Of a stretch of DNA of 64,000 bases, positions 24,941-37,485 are shown piece after piece. Positions within the stretch are counted from its first letter, which is position 1; the number at the start of each line of letters is the position of its first letter. The stretch comes from Lepidodermella squamata. Its lineage: Eukaryota; Animalia; Gastrotricha. The translations under genes were made by a program, and so were the position numbers. The stretch lies in the NCBI GenBank assembly GCA_047495785.1, contig JBLDXI010000002.1:1488001-1552000 (forward strand), in the 5' to 3' direction. The notes beneath the pieces were generated by a model. That model did not search any database, had not been told where the DNA came from, and saw only the letters and a program-made list of their open reading frames with translations.

Positions 24941-26121
24941 CATTGTCCGCTTGAGAATGAAGTTTAAAAGGCAAGCCCACACGCAAAAAATAGTGGTTCT
25001 TCGGTGCGTTAGTGAGCTATAATTAGTCGCAACACATGCTTTACACCTGGATACAATTTCTTTTCAATTGTCGAAACTGCTTATTATAATCGAGGTAACA
25101 ATTTTTTCCCAGTAATCACGACGGGAATTTCAATCTTTCATTTATTTATTTTTACCAATATTGCTCTCTGCGGATTTCTCCATTCCGTAAAATTTTTCGC
25201 TCAAATTATAACAAGTTGGTTATGATATATAGAAGTGTTATACAAAAATCGAACTTGCGAGAACAAACAATAATATAATTTGCATGTTTAAAATTCTCAA
25301 GGTCGAAATTTTAGCGAAACAGTAGCGACTCGATAGAAAAAACAGACAATAGCTCTACACAGCATATAGAGAATGATTATTTCCGATTTTACATATATTA
25401 CACATCTCATCTCTTTAGTAATACAAGTAGCTTATACAGTTTTTTCTTCTCACGAGAATAAAGACCGTAGAAAAACGAAGACAAATTTCCGTCGTCTCAG
25501 ATACTGTTCAGTTTTTTTTGTACAATGATGAGAATTCTGTGGAGAATCGAACTCCTGTTTTAATACTATACACTTGAAATTCATTCGCTCGTCGAGAGAT
25601 GGGCATATTACAAAAAAGATAATGGGATAAAATATTTTTTGCTATTTTCAGATTCTTCAAAAAAATATAATAATATGACAGTCAAAATAGCAATTTCCCC
25701 TCAGAACGACATTTCCTTGCGCGACTAAAAGCTTTTGAATAAAATATTAGAAAAGAAATGAGACTCTTCGCATTTTTTCATGTGCGCCGAGAGAGGTTAG
25801 AACTGAAAACATGGTCTTGAATGCAGAGAAAAAAAGAGGGGAAAAACAAAATGACTGCGAAAACGGACATCTCGTTTTTCCGTGTATATTTTGGCATCTT
25901 GGTATTGCACGGATTATACTGATAAAATTAATTCAAGAGAGGAAACATAACAATGGGCAGTTGATTGTAAACCTGCTGAGCCCGCGATGCATGGTACAGT
26001 GAGACAAAGCGATTTTGGTCTTGAAAATAGTCTTATAGCGAAGAACTGAAAATTAATTAAATTTTTCAGATGATATAATAAAATGACAAGATAAGAGAGC
26101 TGCTGATGTAAAGCCGGGGTT

Positions 26122-27542
26122 TCAGCCTTCGTGGTGTAACATTCGAACGGCTGCTTCATCTTCCTTCTTCTCGATCAAATACTCGTCGCCACCTATCGCT
26201 GCCATATAAGGCAAATGCCGTATCTCCTTCACGTGTTTGTAATTTCCAGCCAGGCATATGATAAAATTCAACTATAACAATAAGAGAATAATTTAATTAG
26301 AATAAATTAGATTTTGCAAATATTACATTTCCGAATAAAACCAATAATGTCCCGACTACTGCGAAAGAAATGGCAATAATGAAGCTCCAGCCCTATAAAA
26401 TTACAAGGTAATTGAATTATTAAATTATTCCAATTTTTGACAAACCCTTTCGGTGAAATTTTCCAGATCGCGGCCGCACATATGGGCCGATTTCCGATAA
26501 GGTCCGTTAATTCTGTAAGAAATTTGCGAATTGTGCGTAGTATTTGACCCGGTAACGTAGTCGACAAAAGGAACCGCTGTTGTTGTATCGTCCGCCGATG
26601 GTACTGAGGTGATGATATTGTCATTATTGACCGCATTTACCGGCGCCGCCAAAGCGACAATGGAGCCGGGCGCTTTGATGCGCATGCCGTAGTGGCGCAA
26701 GTCGATGCAGCCGCGAAGTGTCGGCTCTCTGAACGTGGTTGTGGCGAAGAGAAGAAGCAGCGGTATGACTTGTGCCGTGAACAGTAGCGTCCAGATGAAC
26801 TGGAAGATGTACGCTAATGTGAGTGCGAAGCCGTCGCAGCAACGTGTCACACAGTTGCGCCCGGGTGTCATCAACACGTGCCGGCTCGTTTCTCCGCTCG
26901 CGTAATGGTTAATTATCAAAAATTTGGTGGCTAATACAACTGTCACACCGGCGACTGCTATTACGAACCACGGCCAAATAGGACACCTATAAATTTTTAA
27001 AACACAAGAAAATATTGATGAATCAAAGGATGAAAGATGAAAGCTGAAACTTCGAAAATTCGAAGTAATTTTTCTACTAATTTTGGGGTCTATTTCAGAA
27101 TATTGATTCGATTATCATCCATAAAGTCGAAAAGAAGTGAATTTTAATAAAGTAATCGATAATGCGAGATCCTAGTCCTTCAAGTGTTCACATGAATATA
27201 GCACCGAAAATCGAAATTTAGTTTAAAAATTCAAAATTTTAAGGCGGACTTTTTAAAAAAAAATTACATTTTGCCGAGGATAAAATCTGCTGTCATTTTC
27301 GTCCACACGATGTTGCCGCCAACGTAGCCACCGCAACCGAGACATATGATGAGCCACGAGGCCAGCGAAACGCCGGGTATACGCGATAGGCAGCCGAGGC
27401 AGCCGGTTTGATAAGGCCTTCGGTACCGTGATTTCGTGGCTATTGTCGCTTCGGTGCCGCCTTTTTTCGGCGAACCGCCTGCCGCCTGGTCGTGAAGGTG
27501 CCGGTGCTCGTCGTCTTCCATGGGCTCATGATGACCTCCCAT
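26122..27542 (-). CDS. M6/DM20 myelin proteolipid-family tetraspan protein (4 exons)
   Basis: GCLGCLSRIPGVSLASWLIICLG (M6 TM1 pattern), CIDLRHYG, and final exon LNFIICLAGNYKHVKE...HHEG* ending at TGA 26122. Confidence 0.85.
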
Positions 27543-28120
27543 TTAACAACGAATTTTTTCAATTTTTAAATTGATAAAATCAGCCGAGTGTCTCCGTTGT
27601 ATTGATCGGAATTCGATTTAAAGGGTAATTATATATATATATAAATGCGAATATTTTTCGCGCACGATCTTTCGTCTGATTTGTTGTGAATGGTAATTAT
27701 ATTTTATCCTAAAAATAAATAAAACAAATAAACAACAAGTTGTAGCATCAATGTGGAAAAGCGACTAGTCATCATCAGTAAATTTTAGGCTATTACTATA
27801 ATAAAGTCGGCGAGCGAAATGTGGCAGTTGATGGGCGCCAACGCGCCGCCTTAATGGCGAAGAAGCTTTGCGTGTACAAGGCAAAAGGCCATCATTATGT
27901 TATCATCAAGCCTACATCGCCATTATCGCGTATAAAGCGCGGGGCCAACACACAACAAAATGATGATGAGCGCGCGATGAAATGCCGATGAGCGTATGTA
28001 TCAATAAAACGAAGAGACCGCGCCGATCGATCGATCAGTCGATGGCAGCGCGCTGGCTTCTCGGGCGCGCGCGCGTGTGCGCATTATACGGCCGCGGGGA
28101 AATAGTCGCTGCAGCAGCAG

Positions 28121-28195
28121 CAGCCGAGAGACAGCAGACAGCGACAATGAGGACGATGATGATGATGATGGCGATGATGATAATGATGATGATGG
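28121..28195. repeat. Imperfect (ATG)n/(GAT)n low-complexity tract in the long upstream region of the M6 gene
   Basis: gatgatgatgatgatggcgatgatgataatgatgatgatg. Confidence 0.8.
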
Positions 28196-30841
28196 CGGCC
28201 GGACGCACAGATAGGGAGGGAGCAGCCCTGACGAGAAAACATGGTGCTGTTAATACGATAATAAATACATAGCATCATTCATTCGTATGTCATTCACATT
28301 TTTGCTTCGGCTCTGTCGCCGGCGCTTTCTTCAAGGCTTCTCAGGCGCGCTAATAAGACCACCAGGCCGCAGGTCGATATATACATATATATAGACAAAA
28401 GTTTGGACCGCGTATAAACACGATGCGGATATGTCCAGTATTTTAATGCAATAATACAGAGCGGAAAGGCATACAAACTACTGCGCTGGATAGAGTGTGT
28501 ATATGGAAGTCTTCAAAATCGATTGTGGTCAGCTGCTGCTGTGGCTCATCGCCAGGCTAATAAATTACAATTGCTATGTATTTGCCTAAATAAAATGTCA
28601 CAAAACCTGTGAGCGAAGCGACGGGGCTGCTGTGCACACACGTGTGCGTATATGTTGTATAAATAACAATAACAATAATAATAATAATAAAATATAAAGA
28701 AAATTATTACCATAAATCTATAAAAATGATGTGCGTAATGTGGAACAGAGCTAACACACATACACGTGCCACGGCCAAAACATCTCGCGCGCGGGAAATA
28801 TAGAAAAGGTGCGCGTGTTTTATTATTTATTACAAATAAGAGACGATGCGAATAACGAACGGCGATGACGGGGAGCAGCACAGAAGGGCGGAGCATATAT
28901 ACATCCGTCACCCGTGTAGTGAATAGAATAACGATCGGCCTGATTATTATTTGATATTCACCGCCATCAAAGCTGCTAGCATGTGTCAACGGTAATAACG
29001 CTACTGTCGAGTGTGGATTTATGAAAAATAATGCGTTGCGTAAACAAAAAATCGATCACACCGCGCGCGCTAAATTCAGGTAGTGCGCAAACTTTGATAT
29101 ATTCCGATGGCTTTATAATAATATAATCCAACCGCATTATAAATGAGCAAAAGGTAATTCAATGATATATATATACGCGAGAAGTTCACGCTGTATCTAC
29201 GAGACATAATTCAATGCAGGTGTTTACTCAGCAATCGGCCTTTACTGCCCAGAAAACGATACATTTCCCGAAAATTGAATTGAAAAAATCACGATTTTAT
29301 GCGAAAAATATTAGCCGGTATATGGTTCTAATTTAGCGCGCGTGATTTCCTGTAAAACCGTTTCGGTATGATAAACGGTTGTATGATAAACGCGAGGCAA
29401 ACAGCGGCTGCAAAATAGATGAGCGGAAAGATGCCTAACCCTGCCAATGTTATCACCGTTGAATATCGGCGCCGACCAGCAGCGGCAGCAACAACCCTGA
29501 ATATAGATTTCTTACACGTCAATTATTGCTGGAAAATAATAATATTATTACAATAAGATGCAAACGGTAAATTCGTAACGGATGGTGTGTATGTGTATAT
29601 TTGGTCATTATGTTTTTGTAGCCGCTCGCTCGCTCGCTCGCGGATTACGGATGAGAGGAGACGTATAGAAAGAAACAATAACATTCTAATTTTTACGCGA
29701 ATAAAATGCGAGTAAGATGTAGATATGGTATTATTATTACTATACATCACGAGGATAAAGCGCGGTTTCACTCTTTGACCACAAGGTATAAAAAAAACTA
29801 GTAAGTTTATGAAATACGGTTAGTAATAATATACTATAAACTTAGTCTCACACCATAAAGCTTCGTCTATCTGTAAAATACACCTGATATTTGCGGTAAA
29901 TAATCCTTAGCAGGCTCAACTAGTACCTCTGCTCATTTTTTTCCACACATAGTATAAAAGCAAAAAGGTATGAGAAGCAACAACAAAGAATATTATAATA
30001 TTTGAGTATATAACGCAAAAAAATGCAGATAGATTCATTATCATCTTAATAGTCATCACGCGTTTGGTTTCACTTAACGAAATATGCACTGGAGTGTGTA
30101 GCAAAAATAATTTTCTCACCGAGCGTGCCCCGAAAATTACAAACCAAGAGATCAAGGATACTTGAGAATTTCAGATGAATGGCTGCAAGTACGATAAATA
30201 ATTCCATCCACTTCATTACTCATTGACGATGGCACGAATGCCAGTCATTAAAAAGGTATCGACAAGGTGTGTTGTCATGATGCTAATTTTTTAATGAGAA
30301 TTCCATGATGCGGTAAATTAACGAAGCTGGTCAAAAGCTATCCTGGGAGTGTATTTCAGGGTACACATTTTTATTTACTTAGGTATCTATGAAAATCCCT
30401 TCGCACTGCACTTTGATAAATTTGTCAGGGGAGCGAGAGTGTTCGGTGCAAAATCATGATTTTTTTACTCGCAGTAATTTGCGTAAAAGCAACGAACATC
30501 TCTCTCAGAGGCGCTGTTTCGATGTCAAATGTAATTTTCATTTTCGATCACGCGATTTTTTTCCGAGTTAACCGTCATGCGATATATGCGCAAAATTCAG
30601 TGAAGATGAAGAAAATAAATTTGGCTATTCCTATTGTTTATAAACAATCTTTCCCTTGATTTATTGGTAAATAAAAATTCCGAAGGTATCGGTGAGGTGT
30701 AGGAAGCCTTCTTGTCAAAATAAATAAAGACAAAGAATAAACAAAGGAGGCATTTGTTTATGACGACAAGTCTATCCTTATTCTATAGCATTTCTGCAAT
30801 AAGTATTACTGGATGTAATCATGCTTGAAAATAGAAACGTG

Positions 30842-31788
30842 ATGTTGATGGAGCTTATGATAATAGTTGGATTTATTGGTACCCTAATTACGGGTACCAA
30901 TGGTAAGTGCGAAGCCTCGCTAATTTAATATACGCGAGTGTTTTTCTCTTCTCGCTTGATTTCATCTTTCAGCCAAGTGTAGCTATTTTCGAAAAATTAA
31001 GCCGTTTTGATGTTTCCTGCAGGTATGACATGCTACAGCGGAGTGAGGCGGAACCCGGCTCCTGATCCGGGCGACAAAACCGAAATGGCTCCAGATGCGG
31101 CGAGCGGGGTGTTAATTCTGAATGACTGCGATTTTTGTTCGGTATTTATCTATATCGCCATTTTTTATTTTCTATTAAAATCCGAACACAGGCGACTAAG
31201 AGTAGGACTAGCGACCCGTTACCTTACCATGCTGTAACGTGGCGTTGCGGCAAATTTCCTCCTGGAATCAATGAATGTTCGAAAATGTTCATGATGAAGC
31301 AAACGTCGACGAGCGAACAGGTATATAAGTTGATGATAAAACCAAGCTATGCTTTTAAAATCTTTCATTTCAGACTTCTTGCCAATGCTGCGAAGATAGG
31401 TAACACAGTTGTTTTCTGATATCTCTTGATCAATTTTTGAAGGAATTTTTACGCCAGATGCAACGGCGATACGTCTTGCAAACTTTTCCCAACTAACTAC
31501 TACTATCAAAGCTTTTTTGCCAGAGGAGGCGTTGGTCCCAGGTTTTTGTCACCTCAGGTATTATGCAGTTTTCAATCACGTTTTATTACTATAATAGCTC
31601 TAGCTATCTTTCGCATAGTTCGGCGGCCATGGTATGACAGATACAAGCCCTATCAAATCTCCGAAATGTCAGTACATGGGGATCCAAGTTGCGCAGCTGT
31701 GCGAGTCTCTTTTCCAGCCGAGAACAGAAGTATAACTCGATACTCATGTGATCAGATAAATAAAATCAGCGGATTGGATTTTCTTTGA
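30842..31788 (+). CDS. Secreted or membrane Cys-rich Ly6/uPAR (three-finger)-like protein; exons 30842-30902, 31023-31141, 31192-31320, 31374-31399, 31443-? (3' end uncertain)
   Basis: Signal-peptide exon MLMELMIIVGFIGTLITGTNG, then MTCY...DCDFCS...WRCG...NECS...SCQCCEDR...RCNG, joined in frame by four canonical introns. A hydrophobic segment follows. Confidence 0.6.
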
Positions 31789-31844
31789 ATAATAAAATAG
31801 ATTTTCATAGACTGGCTGATAGGACTACGAGAAGTAACTTCAAA

Positions 31845-33456
31845 TCATCGGAACAATAATAATTAACGTCATCGTACCATTTTTATCTGAAACCATCGGA
31901 ACCATCGGAAGACATAATTCGCTATTAAAATTGCATTATTTCATCGGAAAAGTTTCAATAACGGCATATTCCGACACTTTAAGATGACGATTTCCGATGA
32001 ATAATTAGACAGCTGTTTCCACATTTCAACCCGTCTTTCGAGTTGTCTTTCGAGTTCGAGGTGCGTCTTTCGAGTTGTCGTCGACGTCGGTCCTCCGTTG
32101 TTTCCTTCGTCGACAGAAACAGCTGGTGAGCTCGACCTCGACCTGACAGTTTCGACAGTATTCGAAGCGATAACTGTTAACCGACTACGACCACGCCTTG
32201 GCTCAAAAACCACAGGTTCAGCTTGGCCTGGAACCAGAGCCGTACCACGACCACGGCTAACCCCACGGGTAACACATTAGCCTTAAAATCTCAAGCCCGA
32301 AACACGTGATAATAGACGTCGTGATGTAACCAGCGCCGTCTGCCATGACTGCGATTGGCAACTACAGGGGCATAAATTTTTTCAGCCCTCTGAAAATCAC
32401 CTCATAGACCCGTCCGTTTTCGTTGCTGGCAACAGCGAGAATAATCGGGTTGAATTTTCGGTTGCGATCTGACGAACCACGAATGAAAATTGTATGGCCT
32501 CCTTGGATGACCTTGTGGGTCGCATCGATTTGAAAGCACTTGGCCACAGCTAGCAAATTGAGAAGAAAATTGCGAGAAATCACCACGGTCCAAAAGGGCT
32601 TTTCTCCTTTTTAGCTGGCTGCTTGTCGATTTCATAATCGATCACATAAGGCGACTTAACATCGACAGGTCTGGCGCTGCGAGATTCGCAACAAGCTCGA
32701 AGCTCTGTAGTGCCGAACGAGCCTACGGCAGCAGGGCCGACTCTTGATACCTAAATCTTTCTCTTCACCACTTGTTTCAGGTCGGAGACTTGACGGTCCG
32801 TAATGCCAGTCCCATTACAAGTTGGCGAGCGATAAACTTCGGGGCGTCGTTGATGTGGTCAGCCACATACCGAATTTCGGCCGTTATAGGTACGAATTTT
32901 GCCGGGTGGATGGATGTGCTTCCCACTGCACGAAAACAGGGCCATATCAAACGAGACCAGGCTCGACTTCCTAGGACCTTTGCAAGGCCACCAAGATATT
33001 CGCAAAGTAGCTAAAAAAAATCCCGAAGATCGAAATTTGTCGATTATGTCGTGGCGGAAAAAATTGTTAAAATGTGATCTGAAAATTTCAGAAAAAATAT
33101 TCGAACGACATGGAACATGGAGTACGGCAGGGTTTCAAAGGTATCGAAGTCATCGTCATCCGTTGCCTGCGGTTCTCGGTGACGAATTCATCCTCGTCAT
33201 CAACGATTTCGGGGTCTTCCTCATCCTCATCAGCGGATTCAAAAACGAATTGAATTGAAAAACGAACATCATCTGAGGCTTAATTTCGCAAAAATTCCAT
33301 TTTTTATCAATAAAGCAATCTTGAAATATTACCACTAAACCTATATAGACTTTTCCGATGAATTAATCGCGTGTTCCGATAAAATAGTATGCATGTTTTC
33401 GATTCCGATGGTTTAATGCGAAATTTTCTGAAAAATTGTTTTTATTGTTCCGATGA
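31845..33456 (-). mobile_element. Decayed Mutator-like (MULE) DNA transposon with degenerate terminal inverted repeats
   Basis: Minus-strand remnant FQIDATHKV...G.SDRNRKFNPIILAVASNE...YEVIF, plus PIAVMADGA in another frame (MULE DDE core), broken by stops and frameshifts. TCATCGGAACAATA (31845) and TATTGTTCCGATGA (33443-33456) are inverted copies, and CATCGGAA repeats at both ends. Confidence 0.8.
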
Positions 33457-33729
33457 AAAGATGTGGGATGTGGGTCCTTACAAAGTTTGATAAGTCAATT
33501 CTATGAAGTCAGAATTCAGTAAGCCGAGGCCATTTGTGATCAGAAAGAAAATCACAAGAATTTGTGATCACAATTTGGTAACGCTTGAAGAATATAAATA
33601 CTTACCTACTGCGTGCAATTGGCAAAACTTTCAAAAGTCCAACTTAAACTTCAACGAGAACCGATTCTTTATTAATTTGAGTAATTAACGACTAATGATT
33701 CTCAAGTTAATGTTACGTATGGTTTACTT

Positions 33730-34984
33730 ATGTTTCACATTCTTTTCATATTAATTTGTGCAGTCCACCCACAATCTATCTACAGCAAAGGTATTGTTAA
33801 TTCTGCAATCGCTCGAGCGATTGTAAAATGCCGGGTCGATTGCACCATCTTACTTTTTGCAGATGATTATGTTGCCAAATGCGATGATTCGATTTGCGGA
33901 GGCGGCATGGGAATCTGCAAGATAAAATATTATGCATCTCTACTTTTTCTCGGAAATGAGGATGCAAAGCAATGCGATTGCCTCGTCGACAGCGGCAGGC
34001 GCGGCAGACGCTGCGAAGAAGACATCAACGAATGTGCAGAAAATGAACATGCTTGTGGGACGAAAGCTATGGGGTCGACGTGTAAGAATACGGTGTCTTA
34101 CAAAGACAAGGAGGGAAAAATCACAGGCAGATGTATGTTATAAATAAGGATTTCATGTTAATTTTCAATTGCTCTTTTTCAGATAAATGCGAATGTGCTA
34201 AAGGTTACGGTGGAGAATTTTGTGAAAGAATTACCACGCCAGATCTTTGCGAAAGATATAAGCCGTGCCGCAACAAAGCAACTTGTGTCAATATTCCAGG
34301 TGATGAAAAAAAGAACGTATCTTCCAGTTTTCAGTGCAATTGCATGGCTGGATTCACAGGTAAACTATTTGAAACACAATATGTTATATTTTGATCTGGG
34401 GTACCTGAGCCGGAGGAAATAAGCTAATAAGTTTGCCGGTTTTTCATCACTTGCCCGCTAAAGCATGTGACAGCAACTTTAACAATAATTAAATTAAATA
34501 ATGAAACAATTTTTGTAGCACGAAATTTTTACAGCTAGAAGTGTAGGACTGTTTTTCCGGCTCCAGACACCCCAAATCTTTATAATTGAACCTGTGAATC
34601 AATTTTGATCATTTTACAGGTGCGCAGTGTGAAATTAATGTGGCCCCTTGTACTCAATATATCAAGAAGTGCCGAAAGTTTGTGCCGAAATCTCGATGCA
34701 TTCAGGAGACAGTGGTCACGGAATCTTTTACGGACATAGTACCACGATGTATTTGTCCGAAAGGTGTTGCCCACACAATTTGCTACAACCGGAAAACGAA
34801 AAAACACGATGAGCCATGCGTGCTAGGTCTCCCGTGTCAAAACGGCGGCAAATGCGAGGGCAATCGTTGCGCCTGCATCAATGGTTACGTTGGTCTCAAC
34901 TGTGAATTGAAGGACAATCCGTGCCGATACAAATGGTCTGCTACAGATGCGCAACTGCGAGAAAATGGCTGTCCAAGGAAATGA
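33730..34984 (+). CDS. Secreted multi-EGF protein (about 5 EGF-like modules, no TM); exons 33730-33790, 33863-~34133, ~34183-34360, ~34620-34984
   Basis: Signal peptide MFHILFILICAVHP; EGF modules CEEDINECA, CECAKGYGGEFCE, CNCMAGFTGAQCE, CQNGGKC...CINGYVGLNCE; ends RENGCPRK*. Confidence 0.8.
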
Positions 34985-35561
34985 TAACATCTTCTACTTA
35001 TTCGACGTTCCGTTTCACAGCGCTGAATTAAATAAAACCTACTATATGCCACCTGTTACAATTTTCAACCATGAATAATTCCGGGTAAATTGTGCCTCTG
35101 CAAATACGAGTTATCAACGCGTCACTAAACACAATCATCATCGGTAACACCCTTAGCGGCGTGAAAAGTTGTCATGTCTAACTGCAGCTAACGGCCACCT
35201 CCCGTGCTTAATGGTCCAAAGTGATCGAATTAGTTACGACTCCCAGTTGTTTAAGTTGCTGCTCACTATGTCAAGTGTTTACTCAAGTGGAATGTGACTC
35301 GGCTTTGTATAATTTATCACCAGAAATTACGCACTTTACCAAGTTGACCGATCATAACCGTGAGAAGCGTTCAGGAAATGAGTAAACAACAAATTAGTGT
35401 GCAGCTCTTTACGCCGACTTTTCAATCAAAATATTTTATTTGCCCCATAAAGACAACAATAATGGAATTAGCATGATGAAATTGCATTTGTAGAAAAAAG
35501 AACTATCACAACTTAAATTAGCCGCAAACGAATGGAAAGAGCATTATTCTTCAAATAAAAA

Positions 35562-36323
35562 TCAACAATTCCAAAGCCATTTATCGAGATCGTGCCGAGA
35601 AGGGAAGCGAATCCATTCATATTTTTCCAGCAAGGAAGTATCATCACAAGGCAAGCGGAAAACAGCATCTTCTCTTAGGATTATTTCCAGTGAATACCTG
35701 GAGCGCTGCATTCGATTCAGAGTTAAATTAACGGCGAGCAATCCTCTTGAGGTGATTCGAAAGCAGTCTTGGATAATTACTTTAAATAAAAGCGGACAGC
35801 ATTTGCAAATTTCGAGCAAGTCTCGATCGCGAAGCACACCAGAATGCGAAACGTCCAAAATCCGTAAGGTTTTTGCTAGACCAGATTTGGCGATTGAGCT
35901 GAAGAAATTAGGAGGTAACTTGATGTCACGAATTACTAGGGCCTTTGCTTGCTTCGGTAAATCACTGAAATTGAGCTGACTGAAATCCATTTTCGTGAAA
36001 TGCAACTCAGCTAGATGAATGCAGTGTTTTTCAATCAGGGTCAGCGCGTGTTTCGTTATTATGCTATTGTGACTAACAGAAGCATGGGCCCAACTGCCAC
36101 TGATGGCTAAGCGATAAATGTATCGGCATAATTTGAAAGAGAGAAATCCTTTCAGTCGTTTCGCCGAGCCCATTTCAGAAGTAGGAATAGTGACACTTTT
36201 CCAAAGTAAGCAACTATCATTGATCTTCTTCCACCGTTTACAGACTGAGCGGAGGCGCATTCGATCGGAAATCGAAGTTCTGCAAAATATATTCACCAGC
36301 ACTTCGGTTGGTAGCAGATCCAT
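35562..36323 (-). CDS. Intronless F-box/LRR protein (FBXL-type)
   Basis: F-box LPTEVLVNIF...LRSVCKRWK; cysteine-containing LRRs LRILDVSHS, CPLL, CFRITSRGL. Confidence 0.88.
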   Translation of the reverse strand: MDLLPTEVLVNIFCRTSISDRMRLRSVCKRWKKINDSCLLWKSVTIPTSEMGSAKRLKGFLSFKLCRYIYRLAISGSWAHASVSHNSIITKHALTLIEKHCIHLAELHFTKMDFSQLNFSDLPKQAKALVIRDIKLPPNFFSSIAKSGLAKTLRILDVSHSGVLRDRDLLEICKCCPLLFKVIIQDCFRITSRGLLAVNLTLNRMQRSRYSLEIILREDAVFRLPCDDTSLLEKYEWIRFPSRHDLDKWLWNC

Positions 36324-36689
36324 TTGACAGAAACAGTGAAATAAAAACTAGATAACTTATGGTGTAAAAAATGAGAATTGCGTAAAATCAATTAGAAAGA
36401 TTTCCGGATACGTTAGCCAACTCATTCCCGTCTCTCATGAAATCTTAAGAACCCACGAGAATATTATATCTGAACGAAATAAACAGGAAAGCATGAATTG
36501 CAACCGGTAAAAATATCAATAAGTATCAAGTATCAATTTTCATAAAAATAAAACCCGAAACCCGAAAGGGTACATGCGCTCAATTGCAAGGAAGAGAAAT
36601 GTGAAAAACTTGTATCACAATCAACATTTTCGCTAGAGAAGTGATCAGCCGAGCAACTCTTACATGCAATAGCGGTCCATATTTTATTC

Positions 36690-36782
36690 CCATTCCTAAT
36701 CCCAACCTTAACGCTAACCCTTACTCGAATCTGGAGCCCTGGACGTAAACGTAAACATAAACCTAACCCCAATCATAAACCA
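36690..36782. repeat. Degenerate hexamer (TAACCC-like) tandem tract
   Basis: cctaat cccaac cttaac gctaac ccttac ... cgtaaa cgtaaa cataaa cctaac cccaat cataaa. Confidence 0.6.
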
Positions 36783-37485
36783 TCGCAATGCCACCAACCC
36801 ACATGTAAGTAGTCATATCGATCTTGCTATTTACTGGGCCCGTCCATGTCAATTTCGTAGCCGAGTAATGAGCGTAGAAACCGGAGAGTTGAAGAAGTTC
36901 GTTAACGTTACAGGAAGGAAGATGAATTAGTAGGCAGTACGCAGTATGTCCCTTGTCCCTCTCGATTCTCGCTGAAACTCGCAGAAATGCCTCGTTTGAC
37001 TTCGACAATTACCGGCTCACAGAACAAAAAAACCGCACGAAAATGTTGCTAAGAATTTTGAAAAGTTTGAGCGCGGTAAAATTTCTCACTTTTAATTTTG
37101 TTTAAATGTTAAACATTATTAAAACTTTATAATCATTGATTTTTTGAAAAATGTATTTTTACAAATTTTTAAAAACGCGCGCGGCTTTTGAAGTGGCCGC
37201 CGCCCCCGCCCGATCCTCAAGTGGTTTTTCTGTTCCCGGCCATACCTCGCTTCATTCAAAATTCCGTGCGTGTGGTGAGCAATCGCCCTACGTTGAGCGG
37301 ATAGCTATTCGCTACAACATTTTTATGCTGATGCAATTACATGCGCCACCCCACTCCATCTACATACGTAGATCCTAAACTCCGCGTTTTATATGATTCA
37401 AAATCCGAACTTTCAAACTTTGCTTGCCATTGCTCATATTTCCAGTTTATCGTATATTCATCTCCTAAGCTACTTTTTGTTTTAG

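Noticed and set aside
30876-30902. 10-bp inverted repeat ATTGGTACCC...GGGTACCAAT as a TE footprint
   Set aside because: It falls within the predicted signal-peptide exon, and nothing else supports it.
33195-33240. Minus-strand CTGATGA...GAAA hammerhead-like spacing
   Set aside because: It lies in Asp/Glu codons of the MULE relic, lacks the UH cleavage site and has a poor stem II.
36690-36782. Interstitial telomere or the VRVRV-type ORF 36533-36772
   Set aside because: The hexamers are highly degenerate, and the ORF is only a translation of the repeat.
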